DNA from: Octopus sinensis
Taxonomy: Eukaryota
Direction: 5' to 3'
Length of the DNA stretch: 64,000 bases
Assembly: GCF_006345805.1 (NCBI RefSeq)
Contig: NW_021832611.1
Location: forward strand, 186,001-250,000
The notes below the pieces were generated by a model, which saw only the letters and a list, made by a program, of their open reading frames with translations, was not told where the DNA came from and did not search any database. This document shows, piece after piece, positions 1 through 15,210 of this stretch (its first letter is position 1; every line of letters starts with the position of its first letter). The translations under genes were made by a program, and so were the position numbers.

Positions 1-1461
1 CCGAATCAAATCTAATGTTCATGTTGACAAATTCGACTGAATTAAGGGGAAACTTTCATTACAGCAAGTAACTTTGCTATTCGAGCTCACTTTTCCTCAT
101 TATTAATTTCTACATTCTGTTTCAATAGATTATACTTTTTCAATAATGTTTTGCTGAACATTCTTGTTGTGACCTGAAGTCTTATAGACCAAATAAAAAA
201 CTTATTTTTTTGGACATGTCGACGTTACGGAAACGGGACACCTTCTGGGTCACAGAGTTTTCCGAGAGTCTGTCATATCTTCGGGCAAACAGGAATAAAA
301 CCAAGCAATCGAGAATCGATAAATATCAAAAATTCTTGCATTATAACTTTTTTGCGTCTGTCACATTCTTTGTTTGGCCAGTCAAATCCCCGGGAAAAAA
401 GCAAACAAAATCGAGAAAGTGAAACTCGATAAATACCAAACATTTTTGCACTATCACTTTTTTTGCCTCCGTCACATTTGCAACTTCTAAAATCTAGAGA
501 AATCTTACCATAAGCTTTATACATGCCATCGGGAGAAACATTGTTTCACATAGAAGCGACTCATGTGAATCATATAGCTGTGGCGACAAATTTCGATTGC
601 CATTTTTAAATGATTCTTTTTCTCTTAAAAATGAAATAAAAAAGTTTAATAAATATTTTAGATGCACTCTGAGGATCTAATTCACACTGTAACTTTTAAA
701 AGACCTTACTCAAGAAAAAAGGTTAAATGTTCTATTTTTGTCTTTTAAAGTTTGCTTGTATTTTTTTCTATGCAACGATCCAGTATATTTTTCATAAAAA
801 TAATCCAGGGGACGCTGGTGAATTTCTGATAGTAATTTAGAAATTTTTACACAATTTCAATTAATAGCTCTTAAATTAACGTAAAAAATAATTTTGAGAC
901 TGAATTATTGCTTATTTGATTAGGGAATTTAAAGCTGGGGAATTTTTGACTCCATATAGGCCTGTAAAGATTTATCTACATATATCTATCTTAAGTATCC
1001 CTTGAATATTTGGTGATATTAACAATCAATTTTATTAGATAAGGAATGACTCTGCTATTCGCGAGGTTGGCCGAGCGTCTCGCGCGACCATTAGGCTCTC
1101 TGTTTAAATACAAATATACAAAATTCACAAAATTTTTATTATCTAGATTGTTTTAAGAATGATGTGGATTTTCCACTGGTACATTAGCCATAGCTCGTTT
1201 TCATATTTCCTCTTCTCCTTCTTTATTATCTGGTAACGATTGAGACATAAACATTTTTTGGTAAAGTAAGTTATTCTTCATATAAAAGTATTTTAAATCC
1301 CAGTTTCGTAAAAAATGATTTTCAAACTCATTGTGAAAAAATCTTCTTATTATAAAATGTTTTGTCTTTTATTCAGATTTTATATAGATATTCTCTATTA
1401 GTTTTTTAGATAAAGAAAAATCAACTTTTATAACTTTTATAATACAAGTTATTGTTTTAAT

Positions 1462-2801
1462 AAATTTGAGTTATACGGGACCACTGTGCAGAGACATAAC
1501 GTTGGAAGAAACGTATGCCGCAATTATGAGCTGCAAGAACAATGCACCCGGCCATGACTACATTCAAATTACTGTATTCAAACATGCTCCAATTATTCTC
1601 CTACGATACTTGACCGCACTATACAATGCAAGCTGGAGACTTGAATACGTACCGGACTCTTGAAAAAAGTCAATCGTACGTATGATTCCAAAGCCTGGAA
1701 AAATGAAGGACCATGCAGAGAACTATAGGCCGATAAGCCTAATATGCTCCGTCTCTAAAATTATGGAACGGATTGTCTTCACAAGACTTTCGAACTTCGT
1801 AGAGGAATCAGGTGCTCTTGCAGCGGAGCAGTGGGGATTCCGACGAAAAAGATCCTGTGGAGATTGTTTCCCAGAACTTGAGAAAGTCATCTCGCTTAGT
1901 CTTGCTAACAATACAGCGACTATTGCTATCTGCCTCGATGTCTCAAAAACTTTTGACAGCGTATGGCACCTGGGCCTCTTGGAAAGTGTCGCCAAAATCA
2001 ATACGATGCGGAAAACGTTTGTCGGAATCTGTCGATCTCAAAAGAGGGGTACCTCAAGCCCTCTGCTTTTTAATATTTACGTTGCTGATATTCAAAAACC
2101 GGAAGATCCTACCAGTCGTCTCATGATCTACGCGGACGACATACTAATAACGGATGTTTCGTGGAGAAAAGACATCTCGTGGAGGAAATTAAAAGAATAC
2201 GTGACAAGAGTGGAAGAGTGGTGCATATCAAAAGGGCTGACGCTCGCAAAAAAAAAGTGCATTGCCACTTGGATTGCAAAACAGGGAGCTAAACGAAAAC
2301 CGTCGAGAAACCTCTATGGGTTTACAGTAACGGAGAACCTGAAATACCTTGGGGTTGAAATTGGATCCAAGGATTCTTATTTCAGATACATCGACTCGAG
2401 GAGAAGGAAATGCGCTCAAATTCTCAGGAGCATAATTCACTTTCACCTTTGTCCGGAAACGTTTTTATATGTTTATAAAACGTGCGTCGAATCATTGCTT
2501 ACCTACGGGTTCGAGGGATGGTACCCTACTGCTGAGAGGGATGGCATTATCACTAAGCTCGAAAAGACGAGACGATATGCAATCAAATTGGCAAATGGAC
2601 TCCAGCTGGACCAACCCATCTCTCAAGAGATGGAAGTCGCGACGGAAACGGTTGGAAGTGTTCTTGAGAGAGCATTTTCCTCTCAAATCTCGAATTAAAA
2701 AAAAGAGGGAAACAACGGAGAAGAGGCATACGTTGTCTCATTAACTTTCTCTCTCTTTTTTGGGCTTTTCTGTTTTAATAAAAAAATTCATTCAATTCAT
2801 T
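1462..2801 (+). mobile_element. 5'-truncated Jockey-group LINE, copy A (RT region, 3' UTR, (TTCA)n tail); degenerate
   Basis: Near-identical to 27420-28832. RT motifs YRPISL and YADD are present. It has an in-frame TGA at 1661 and two short internal deletions (near 1996 and 2057) relative to copy B. Candidate 9-bp TSD AATAAATTT at 1459-1467 and 2803-2811. Confidence 0.93.
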
Positions 2802-2955
2802 AAATAAATTTTTGAAATTTAACGAATTAAAAAGTAATTCAAAATAATCTATTTTGATAATTTATTTATAAATAATTTAATTTTGTAATAAATATACTCC
2901 TATTTTTTCAAATTATTTAGGTTTAGTTGTTGCATAATCGCCTTAATTTATTTTT

Positions 2956-5823
<2,868 letters not shown>

Positions 5824-6456
5824 TCTAATTGATTTCGAAAGATTTTTATGACTTTAAAATTTATTTGAATAAATAAAGTCTTTGGGTAATTTATTATATA
5901 CAAATTTCAAAAATTATCAATTAAAAATTTTGGTCAAAACAGTTCGATATAAGTGTCCAGATTTCATTTTAGTAATTATGTATTTTTGTATGTCTTTTGG
6001 ATATTTTTTCCATAGTTTTTTTAAAAACTAAGAAATCGGTACAATCAATTGTTCCAGGTAAAAAGTATTTTCTGCCTATTATAGGCGCCATATTGGCGCG
6101 GTTCTAAAATATTAAAAATGTTTAATACAAATTACTTTTCCTGGGTAATTTTCTTATTCTCTTCATTATCTATTTAAATCTAATATATTTTTGCTCATAA
6201 TTTGGAGCAAAAATTTGATAGAAATCAACTGAATTAGAAAATATTAATTAATTTTTTAATGAGAATGTTAATCATCAAAATTCGATTTTTCTAATTATTC
6301 TATATTTTAACTGAACAAATATAGAATTATTCTATCTATATTTTAACAGACATTATTGGAGATTGATTAAATAGATACGAAATGTCGTTTTACAAATATT
6401 GAGTTATAAATATATAAATAACAGTATCGTAATTTGTTAAAATAAAATTTAGGAGA

Positions 6457-9400
6457 ATGTTTTTTTTCTTATTGCTTATTGTTCATTTTGATTCTCATAA
6501 TTCTAAAAATAATGCTAATTTTGTTAAATATAACTATAAATCATATAAAAGAAAAAGAGCGGCTACATCTTTGAAAAATAAATTATGGAGTAATTCTGTA
6601 ATTTACTATGATTTTGATTACCGTCTTTTTGAAGGTTTAAAGTTTGATCATTTGATCCTAGTTTGCAGCTGAACAAATATTGATTATTCGAAATGCAATG
6701 GCTATCTGGGAGCAATTCACATGTCTCCAATTTATTCCACGTTCACAAAATAATCGTAACTATGTATTATTTACCAAAAATGAATGTGGGTACGTTTCTT
6801 TCAGTAATCAATATATTTAGATGTTGTTCCCATGTAGGAAAAACGGGAGGAAAGCAAGATATATCATTAAATGAATATTGTTTGACCTTGGGATCAGCCC
6901 TACATGAAATTGGCCACTCAATTGGTTTCTGGCATGAACACACTCGTAACGACAGAGACAAATATGTCAAAATAATATTTAAAAACATAATTGCAGGCAT
7001 ACTATTCTGTAAATATTTAAAAGGGAAAGAATATAATTTTTACAAAAAGAATATATTCGAGGTAGATTCATTGGATGAAGAATATGATTATTCAAGTATA
7101 ATGCATTATTCCTCCAATGCATTTTCAATATACAAGGATCTTGATACAATTGTTCCACTTACTGAAGGTTCAATCGTTGAAATGATGGGCCAACGTCAAC
7201 GTTTGAGTGAAGGAGACATTAAACAGACCAATATTCTTTATTCTTGTGGTTGATTTAAAAATGTATATTCAAACAGGAAATTTTATTAATTTATACGGAT
7301 CTAATGGAACAGTAATCTTCGATATTAAATTATTTAAAAATTTTCAAGACGTCTCATGGAGATTCAAAGCTAACTTAGGGAATTTAATTAGCATGAACTT
7401 CAAATATCCAAATAATTATTCAAAAACATGCATCCCTGGAAATATCGTTTTTTATGTGGCAAATAATCGTGGAAAATTAAAAGATCAAAAAAGTTTTAAA
7501 TTTATAAAACTAAATAACTCAGTTGACTTATGTGAAGGTAAAATTGACCAAAAAATCCAAGGTTCTTTAATTACAATGACAGTAAATGACTTTTCGCAAA
7601 CTGAAATATTACCTATAGTTTCTTTTGACGGTTAGATAATGAGATTTTATTAATTTATAGAAACATGTGGTGGAAATGTTCTTATACAAGATGTTTACAA
7701 CATAGAATACCCAAAAAAGAATCCTAATTTTGAAATTTTTTGTCACTGGAAATTAAAACCAGCAAACAGCCGCAAAAAACTACAAATACATTTTTATGTT
7801 TTTGACGTATTAAATATTTTTCAATTCTTTACCAGATAGAAGAGTCGAATCAATGTAAAAAAACTTATTTAAAAATTTATACTGAAAAAAAATCTGATTC
7901 TTTCGTTTATTGTGGAAAAGTTGTTCCAAGATCGTTTGTCGGTAACAATGCTGAGGAAATCAACTTGATATTTTATAGTAAATACATTTTGAACTCCTCA
8001 AATTTTTTATTGTCTGTTTACAGCGGTTTTATATTTCTGAAAATTATTAAAAATAATAGAAATTGACGAATGTGCTTCTGGGACTGATTTATGTGATCAA
8101 ATATGTAGGAACACTGTGACAGGATATGAATGTGATTGTTATCCAGGTTATCAGCTAATCGATAATGGTGTTGATTGTGAAGGTTTAATTTTGATTCATT
8201 TAAAAAATAGAGTCATGCGGAGCACTAATCAATGAAAATCAAGGAATTCTCATTTCTCCAAACTATCCTTCAAACTATCAAAACGGACTATCTTGCAAAT
8301 GGAAAATAAATGTTAATAACGCTTATGTAATTTATCTGAAATTTGTTTTCTTCGATCTCGAATATGACCAAGTTTTTTTATTTTGTAAATATTTCAAACA
8401 ATTAAGTTTTGTCGATATGATTACATAACTATTCACGCAGGCGAAGGCCATTCTTATGGAAAATTTTGCGGAAATAAAATTCCTTCTCCAATCCTGACAA
8501 ATACCAGCAGCATTTTTATTTCTTTCAATTCTGATTATGAAATTTCAGGGAAAGGATTTGAACTTTCATTTCAAATAGGTTTGTGAATCTTTATATCATT
8601 CACTACATCTAGATATCAATGAGTGCTCACTAGAGAATGGAAATTGTTCACATCTTTGTAAAAATCTATACAGAACTTATCAATGCTATTGTAGAGCAGG
8701 CTATGCTTTAGCAATTGACAAAAAAAGTTGTTTCGAAGGTGAAATAACAAAATTATTAAAACCGCAGACTCTTGCCGATACACAATTAAAAATATGAATT
8801 ATACAATCGAAAGTCCCGGGTGGCCTGCCGAGTATTTGCACAACAAGAATTGTTCGTGGTCATTTCAAACACTTCCCGGATTTCGTTTTGTCCTTGTATT
8901 GACTATGATTGTAATATCGCTTAAGACCGTTAATGAGTTCAACATAGAAGAAAGCTACATGTGTAGATATGATTATATTGAAATCACTGAAATCATTAAA
9001 GGTAATTTGTTTAGTCACGGAAAATTTTGCGGGAAAAAATTTTACGGACTCCTTTACAGTTTAACAAATAATATCAAAATAAATTTTGTTTCTGATGGAG
9101 GATATAATGGGAAAGGATTTCAGATTGAAACTACAATTAGTATAAATTAACTTTATTTAAACTATCAGGTGTTATGCCTATTTTGAAACCAAGCACAAAA
9201 ACGGAAAGCCTCTACTCACATCCATTTTATGAGGTTACAGAATATGAAAATAGAACAAAAAACAAATGGTTGATATCACTACCTGTTAATCTTCGTGCCA
9301 AAGCATCAATAGTTATAAAATTCGCAACATTTTCTCTAGAAAATCATCAAAATTGCGAGTAATTATAATAAAAAGTATTTTAGATTTGATTCTGTTAAAA

Positions 9401-9616
9401 TTTTCGAAGGGTCGTCAATACAAAGTCTCAAAAAAATAGTTTTATGTGGAAAAGGAGTATTTTGATTAAAGTTCCTAATATTTATAGACCAGAGATACTA
9501 TAAAAATGAAATCTCCAGTAGTTCTAATATTATTTTTTACTGACAATTCAGTGTCTGATTTAGGTTTTCACATGCATTATTGGCTGGAATTTAAAAATAA
9601 GAAAGGAGTTTATTAA
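6457..9616 (+). CDS. BMP1: BMP1/tolloid-like astacin metalloprotease (astacin-CUB-CUB-EGF-CUB-EGF-CUB-CUB), multi-exon
   Basis: Furin site KRKR|AAT, zinc motif HEIGHSIGFWHEHTRNDRD and Met-turn SIMHY. CUB motifs (ISPNYP..Y, CRYDY, FCG, ESPGWP) and calcium-binding EGF motifs (IDEC, INEC). Stop TAA at 9614-9616. The start codon is uncertain. Confidence 0.92.
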
Positions 9617-10319
9617 TTGTTTAGTTTTACGTCAACAGAAATTAAACAGTCATTTAATTTTTTGCTATACAAAATTGAATTTTCTCTTAATTAAATAATT
9701 TTTATATTTTTCATTAAATAAAAATATTGACATATTCAAACAAAATTTTCATTCAAAAAATTCGTTTTCATAAATCAGTTAATGTATATGTGATAGTAGA
9801 ACTGTCATCGAAGATATAGCAAAATTCTATAATTTCCCTCTACGAACGAAAGCGTTCCGAAGTGGGAACAAATAGCGGGAAGGAGATGATGAGAATAAAA
9901 CTTTTCTGACGCAGCTATGCGGCAAACTACTATGGAAAAGAAAAGTTAATTAATTATTTATCCTACTTTAACTGTTTTTGTTGAAAATGTATAGCAATTT
10001 AAGTGACCATGTTGTTAATTGATTTAAGTGAATTTATATAAAAATTTTCATTTTGGAAATAAAATCTCTTTAATTTATTTGATAGGTTTTCTAATCCATA
10101 GGTTGTGAAATTGTGGTCGTTTTGCAAGAAAGTATACAAATTGATCATCATAAATTTGAATAAATCAACCGCAGACGACATCTGCTCGAACCGCAGACGT
10201 ATTTTCAAATAAAAAATATAGAAAATAGTTTATTAACAGTCATAAATACATATTTATTAATTATTTTAAAAAGAATATTACTTTTATAAAATATAATTAT
10301 AGGATGTTAATTTATGGAA

Positions 10320-10530
10320 TTAATTAAGAAAATTTAACCGGTCCGAAGTGGATCCCGCCAACATAATTGACGTTGCGTTGCCTCTCACGATAGCAACGGA
10401 GATCAACTGGAGAAGCCACCGGGTCTCACGTGTGTCGTGGCTTTTTAATGTGGCTAAGCGTCCAAGCTTCTTTAGGAAGCGAAGCGATTTCCCACTTATT
10501 CCTCCAGTTGTCTCGACCACAATCGACACC
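10320..10530 (-). mobile_element. 3' fragment of a CRE-like non-LTR retrotransposon (restriction-like endonuclease C-terminus)
   Basis: VETTGG...RETRWLLQLISVAIVRGN, homologous to the ORFs at 10974-11327 and 42199-42613. Confidence 0.75.
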
Positions 10531-10554
10531 AGTTGTCTTTTATAAAATTAAATT

Positions 10555-10950
10555 GTCACGTGAAAAATTGGTCTACTGGTTTTGACTAGAGATACGTTGT
10601 CAAAAATCAAAAAATATAAAGAATCCCAAAATTTCGATAAACTTTTGGATAAGAAGGGGAGATATAAAGTCAAACATCATTCAGAAACCTTCTGGAAAAG
10701 TTTATATACGAAGGTAATTTATAGATATTTGTATTTATTGACTCATTTTCCAAATTTGGTGTTGTTGAGCTAGCTAAAAATAAATCTGCTGTTAAGATTT
10801 CTTTATTAAAAAATATTTTTTACACAATTGGCCCCTCGGTTATTTTACAAACCGGTAACGCGAAGGAATTTTAGAATTTCCATCTTAATGAGATCAAACT
10901 TTAATTTAGAAATAAGTTTAGAACTTATTAAAGGAAAACCAACCAATAAC
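10555..10950 (+). mobile_element. Degenerate Ginger-like integrase remnant (type A paralog)
   Basis: Starts near TGTCAC. LTRDTLSKIK resembles LFKETLDKIK at 29338. After a short intron it reads FIDSFSKF..ELAKNKSA...IFYTIGPSVILQTGNAKEF, matching IVDSFSKY...IFYYVGPPLILHTDNGREF at about 29890-30035. Confidence 0.65.
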
Positions 10951-10954
10951 TACA

Positions 10955-11344
10955 AGTTAATTAATTAAAAGCTTCAAGTGCGGGAAGCCGACGCGATCGA
11001 GAAAGAATTAGAGCGTACTATCGCAAGGGATATCCGCTCGAAAAACCATCTCGATTCGCGGGCGTCGCCTGTGATGGCAGACATGCGAGATCCGATCTCC
11101 TGAACGAAGCTGATTGCCTTACTGCCCAAGGAACCGGAAGTCTCAACCGCGAAAGGAAGGAATTGGAACTTCTCCGTAAGTGAGGAGTACTTCCGCATCT
11201 TTTTGCATTCCGCGGTTGTGACAATAGATCCAGGAGCGGAGGCCGATATCAGCAGGTTCTGAGGCGAGAAAGAGTCCACACACGTGGCATCCCAGGTGAG
11301 AGGCTTCCCCCTGTTGAAAGGAAACACAGTTATCCCGTCAGGAA
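10955..11344 (-). mobile_element. 3' fragment of a CRE-like non-LTR retrotransposon (REL endonuclease)
   Basis: PDG..GKPLTWDATCVDS...KYSSL..FLPFAVETSG...RISLAIVRSN. Confidence 0.8.
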
Positions 11345-11825
11345 CTGAATAATATTTTTGCGCAAATTACAAAAGTTATAGATTACATAAAACAGTCTTT
11401 TAAAAGCTAAACTTTTTGCAAGGCTGTGTGAAGATATGGGTTCAAAATATACACAGCTTTTATACTATTGTGAGGTGCGCTGGGTATTTCGTGCAAAAAT
11501 GATTTGAAGAGTGTTTGAACTTAAAGATCAAGTTGCAGATTTTCTTGATGAAAATGATATTGAAGATGCAAAATTGTTCAGGGATGATGACTTTATTGTC
11601 AAATTTGCCTATTTGGTTGACATTTTTGGGAAAATGAGTATATTGAATAAATCAATGCAGGGATCACAACTACATTTATTCGCTAAAAAAGGACAAAATA
11701 AAAGCATTTATGAAAAAATTGATATTATGGAAATCAAATATACAAAAAATATCTATGACATGTTTTTACTTTTAAATACCTTCTGCGTCATAGTGAACAT
11801 TGAAGCAAAGGCATATTTGCATTAG
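11345..11825 (+). pseudogene. hAT (Buster/ZBED5-like) transposase fragment
   Basis: LLYYCEVRW...RVFELKDQV...FAYLVDIFGKMSILNKSMQG; contains stops and a frameshift. Confidence 0.8.
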
Positions 11826-11834
11826 TAACTTTTG

Positions 11835-12065
11835 AAGCCTGTTCGCCTTCTCTTCACCGTTCTGCGTCTACACTCACTAACCACTAGACCATGCCCACAA
11901 CGGTCAGTAACTCACTTGAAAACGTGGATTCCTTCCTTGTTGAGTTGTCATTCTTCCACCGGTCTCTAAAAATCCCTCTCCGAATCCCTAAATTTACCCG
12001 TATACAAGCAGCCATGTGCCTGTCAACCGTTATTAACGATACGCTTCTGTTGGACACTTGGGAGG
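11835..12065 (-). repeat. Dispersed GC-rich segment (second copy at about 21505-21731), probably an intron-containing host gene fragment
   Basis: The two copies align closely by eye. Each contains a 22-nt GT..AG intron on the minus strand (about 11872-11893). Confidence 0.7.
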
Positions 12066-12369
12066 CATGGACCCAAATTCGCACTCAAAAAATCCACAAC
12101 CTCTCTCCTCACGAATCAAACAGAACATCAACAAGATCTCCTCTCTACCAAAGACTTCTGGCTCCACTTTAACTGGGAGTCGGGATCGCAAACGGCTGCG
12201 AAGCCGCCGTACATATTTTATTATTGAGTTCAACAGAAAGTTAGTTACCTATTGGCTAAAAATACGAAGCCTTATTCTGATTGCGAATTATATAAAAGGC
12301 AATCGAAATATTTGCATCGAAATGTTGTTCGCCCGCTGTTTTCGATGTTGCACACAAGTTACCTCTAAG

Positions 12370-13205
12370 TAACGATACTGTTACTAAAAGAGTCAGTGAT
12401 ATATCTGATTAACGATCTTTCACAGTATGAAAATTGTTTCGTAGTTTTTGGAATTTGTAAAGATTTTCAATATTATTCTTTCACGCTCGATTGTTCCAAA
12501 GATATTTCAGATATCGAACAATTAGTAGTGTTTATAAGGGGAGTAGCATCTGAATTTCGAATATACGAAGAATTTTTTTCATTGTATTCACTTCACGGAA
12601 AAACTAAAGGAACACAGATTTTTTCTCCAATTGTGACATTAATTGAAGATTATCAACTGGATTTAAGGAAATTATTTTCAATTTCAACTGATGGAGCCCC
12701 TTATATGATTGGCAGTAAAACTGGTTTTTGTGGACTTATGAATAAATGGAGGTGACTGGACTCCAGTATTATGCCATCATTGCATTATTCATCAGGAAAA
12801 CCTAATTTCGAAAAATATTAAAATGGAAAATGTTTCTGAAGTAGTGATAAAAATTGTCAATTGAATTCGGGCAAACGCCTTGAATCACCAAAAATTTAAA
12901 ATATTTTTAACTGAAACCGATTCAGATTATGGCGATGTCTTTATTTTTTCAGGAGTAAGATAGTTAAGCCGTAGCTCTCGCCTCAAAAGATTAATTTCTT
13001 TTATTTTTATATGTAGATTTTATCAACTTCTTTCTGAAATTATTTTATTCACTGAAAATAAATTGGACAATGCATTATTGAAAGAGAATGAATGGGTGGC
13101 AGATTTAGCATTTTATGTGGATCTATCGCTCCATCTGTCTGCCCTAAATGTCGAACTACAGAAGAAAATAAGCTAAATCCAAATAATGATCAGTTGTCAG
13201 AAGAT
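12370..13205 (+). pseudogene. hAT (GTF2IRD2/SPIN-like) transposase pseudogene
   Basis: YSFTLDCSKDISDIEQLVVFIRG, ISTDGAPYMIG, HCIIHQENL, VN*IRANALNH and VR*LSR (conserved Trp codons mutated to stops). Confidence 0.85.
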
Positions 13206-13425
13206 AATCAATCGAATCGTCTCGATGAAAATAAGTTAAGTAAAGAGGTATTAATATTAGATTTATTTTTAGTGTATGGAAACGGATTACCTATTGAGAA
13301 ACAAAGAATATTTGGAAAATACACAGGTTTTAGATAATTTATGTAGCACGAAACGTAAAAAAGTTAGTGTAGAAAATAATAATTTTAAACGATATAGTTT
13401 AGATGATATAAGTGTTAGTCTAGAT

Positions 13426-14565
13426 CAGTGGTTCTCACCCGTGGGCGATTCGCCCCCTAGGTGCGATTTTTTCTGCCAGGGGGGCGATGGCTGATTGCTA
13501 ATATTTGAAAAATTAAAATCTCATGTTAGAAGTCGATAATCTTTGAAAAAATAAAGATATATAATCAAGTCTAATAATATTTATTAATAATATGATATTT
13601 TTATTATATTTTATTTAAATTTCTAAGCGTGATTTCTAGTTATCTTTGTCAGAATGTATAAAGATGAATATATTTCTCTTGGAATGCCCATGCGATCCTG
13701 AGGGCCAACGTCTTCTCGATCATCAGTAGCTTTAGATTGTGATAATCATTTTCGTCCTTTGAATTTGACTATTTCATTAATTTAATTTTTTAAAATGAAT
13801 TTCTCTTGGATTTATTAAAGATCTTCAAGATCCTAATAAACCACTTTGTCTTCAATGTGGTACAATTTTTTCGAATGAGGCAATGAAACCGTCTCGTTTG
13901 ATTGAACATTTAAAGCGAAAACATCATAATTCAATTGGAAAAAAGCCAGACTTTTTTCTAGAATTAAAAAAGAATTTTGAAAATAAAAACACCTTACCGT
14001 CAATCTTTAATAAAAATATATCTCAAAATGTCTCTGGATTATCTTATTCATATAAAGTTGCAGAGATAATCGCAAAAACTGGTTGCATTATTATTTTAAT
14101 TTATAGGTAATGCCCATTCGATTGCAGAAAATGTCATCCGTCCTTGTTTAAATTTATTTATAAACGATATCTTACAAAAAGATTCTTCAAATATTATGAA
14201 AACTATTCCATTATGCAACGACACTATACGAAGAAGAATTGATGAAATTTCTAATGAAATTGAACAATCTTTAATTTTATTTCTCAGAGAACGCAAGTTT
14301 TCAGTCCAACTTGACGAATCAGTTGTCGTTGATAATCAGTCAATTTTGATGGCATATGTAAGGTATTACTTTTTATAAATACTTTTTATAAAGATATTTC
14401 GATGATGATTCTATTTTGCAAGAAGAGTTATTATTTGCAAAATCTTTAGTCACGAATACTACAGGATTGTCAATATTCAAAATGAAATAAGGGGGCGATA
14501 TAAAAATTGGAGAAGCGAAAAAAATTCCAAGGGGGCAATACAAAAATAAAGGTTGAGAACCACTG
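13426..14565 (+). mobile_element. Internally deleted hAT (Buster/Charlie-type) DNA transposon
   Basis: TIRs CAGTGGTTCTCA...TGAGAACCACTG. 8-bp TSD GTCTAGAT (13418-13425, 14566-14573). BED finger PLCLQCG..FSNEAMKPSRL.EHL and motif FSVQLDES. The Helitron frame resumes in register once the element and one TSD are removed. Confidence 0.95.
13684..13798 (+). mobile_element. Very short 5'-truncated CRE-like retrotransposon insertion inside the hAT element
   Basis: 12-bp direct repeat ATTTCTCTTGGA (13672-13683, 13799-13810). The insert reads AILRANVFSIISS*, matching the AIVRSN/AIVRGN C-termini of the other CRE-like fragments. Confidence 0.75.
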
Positions 14566-14787
14566 GTCTAGATAATAAATTTAAAATTAAAGTAAATAGT
14601 TCAAATGAGACGTTTTCGATCTCAATTTTTAGACGAGAAAAGAATAGGTTGCGAATGGCTATGAAAAGGACATCCGAGTCACAAGATCAAAAGGAACATC
14701 GACAAGAATGCAACAGATTAAGAGCAACTATAAGAAGGAGGCAAGAGACCGATGATATGAGGAATTTCAGAAAAAAAACAAGATAGA

Positions 14788-15210
14788 ATGGGGAAGGCTA
14801 TTACTAGGGAACAAGAGTCACAAGAACAAAGGGAACATAGGCAAGAACAAGATAGAATGGGAACGGCTATTAGTAGGGAACAAGAGACACAAGAACAAAG
14901 GGAACATAGGCAAGAACAAGATAGAATGGGAACTGCTATTAGTAGGGAACAAGAGACTCAAGAACAGAGGGAACATAGACAAGAACAAGATAGAATGGGA
15001 ACGGCTATTACTAGGGAACAAGAGTCACAAGAACAGAGGGAACATAGACAAGAACAAGATAGAATGGGGAAGGCTATTAGTAGGGAACAAGAGACAGAAG
15101 AACAAAGGGAACATAGGCAAAAGCAAGATAGAATGAGAACTGCTATTAGTAGGGAACAAAAGACTCAAGAACAGAGGGAACATAGGCAAGAACAAGATAG
15201 AATGGCAACT
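14788..15210 (+). repeat. 69-bp coding tandem repeat (23-aa STPR-like units) in the Helitron N-terminus
   Basis: ATG recurs every 69 nt (14788, 14857, 14926, 14995, 15064, 15133, 15202). Unit MGTAISREQETQEQREHRQEQDR; two degenerate units lie upstream. Confidence 0.95.

Noticed and set aside
1174-1200. Match of about 26 bp (CACTGGT...TAGCCATAGCTCGTT) to 63046-63071, and a possible minus-strand gene in 1-1430
   Set aside because: The match is too short and isolated to interpret. I could not build a convincing gene model or recognise a motif.
1650-1680. TGA at a conserved Trp position in the LINE (also at about 12862 in a hAT, and two TGAs in integrase B), suggesting TGA=Trp recoding
   Set aside because: Host genes use TGG at conserved Trp sites (IDWW, FWHE). 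The same hAT also has TAG at a Trp site, and TGA ends the 63275-63745 gene. These are G-to-A decay or frameshift effects.
14788-15210. Possible CRISPR-like or non-coding array
   Set aside because: It is an in-frame 69-bp coding repeat within the Helitron protein.
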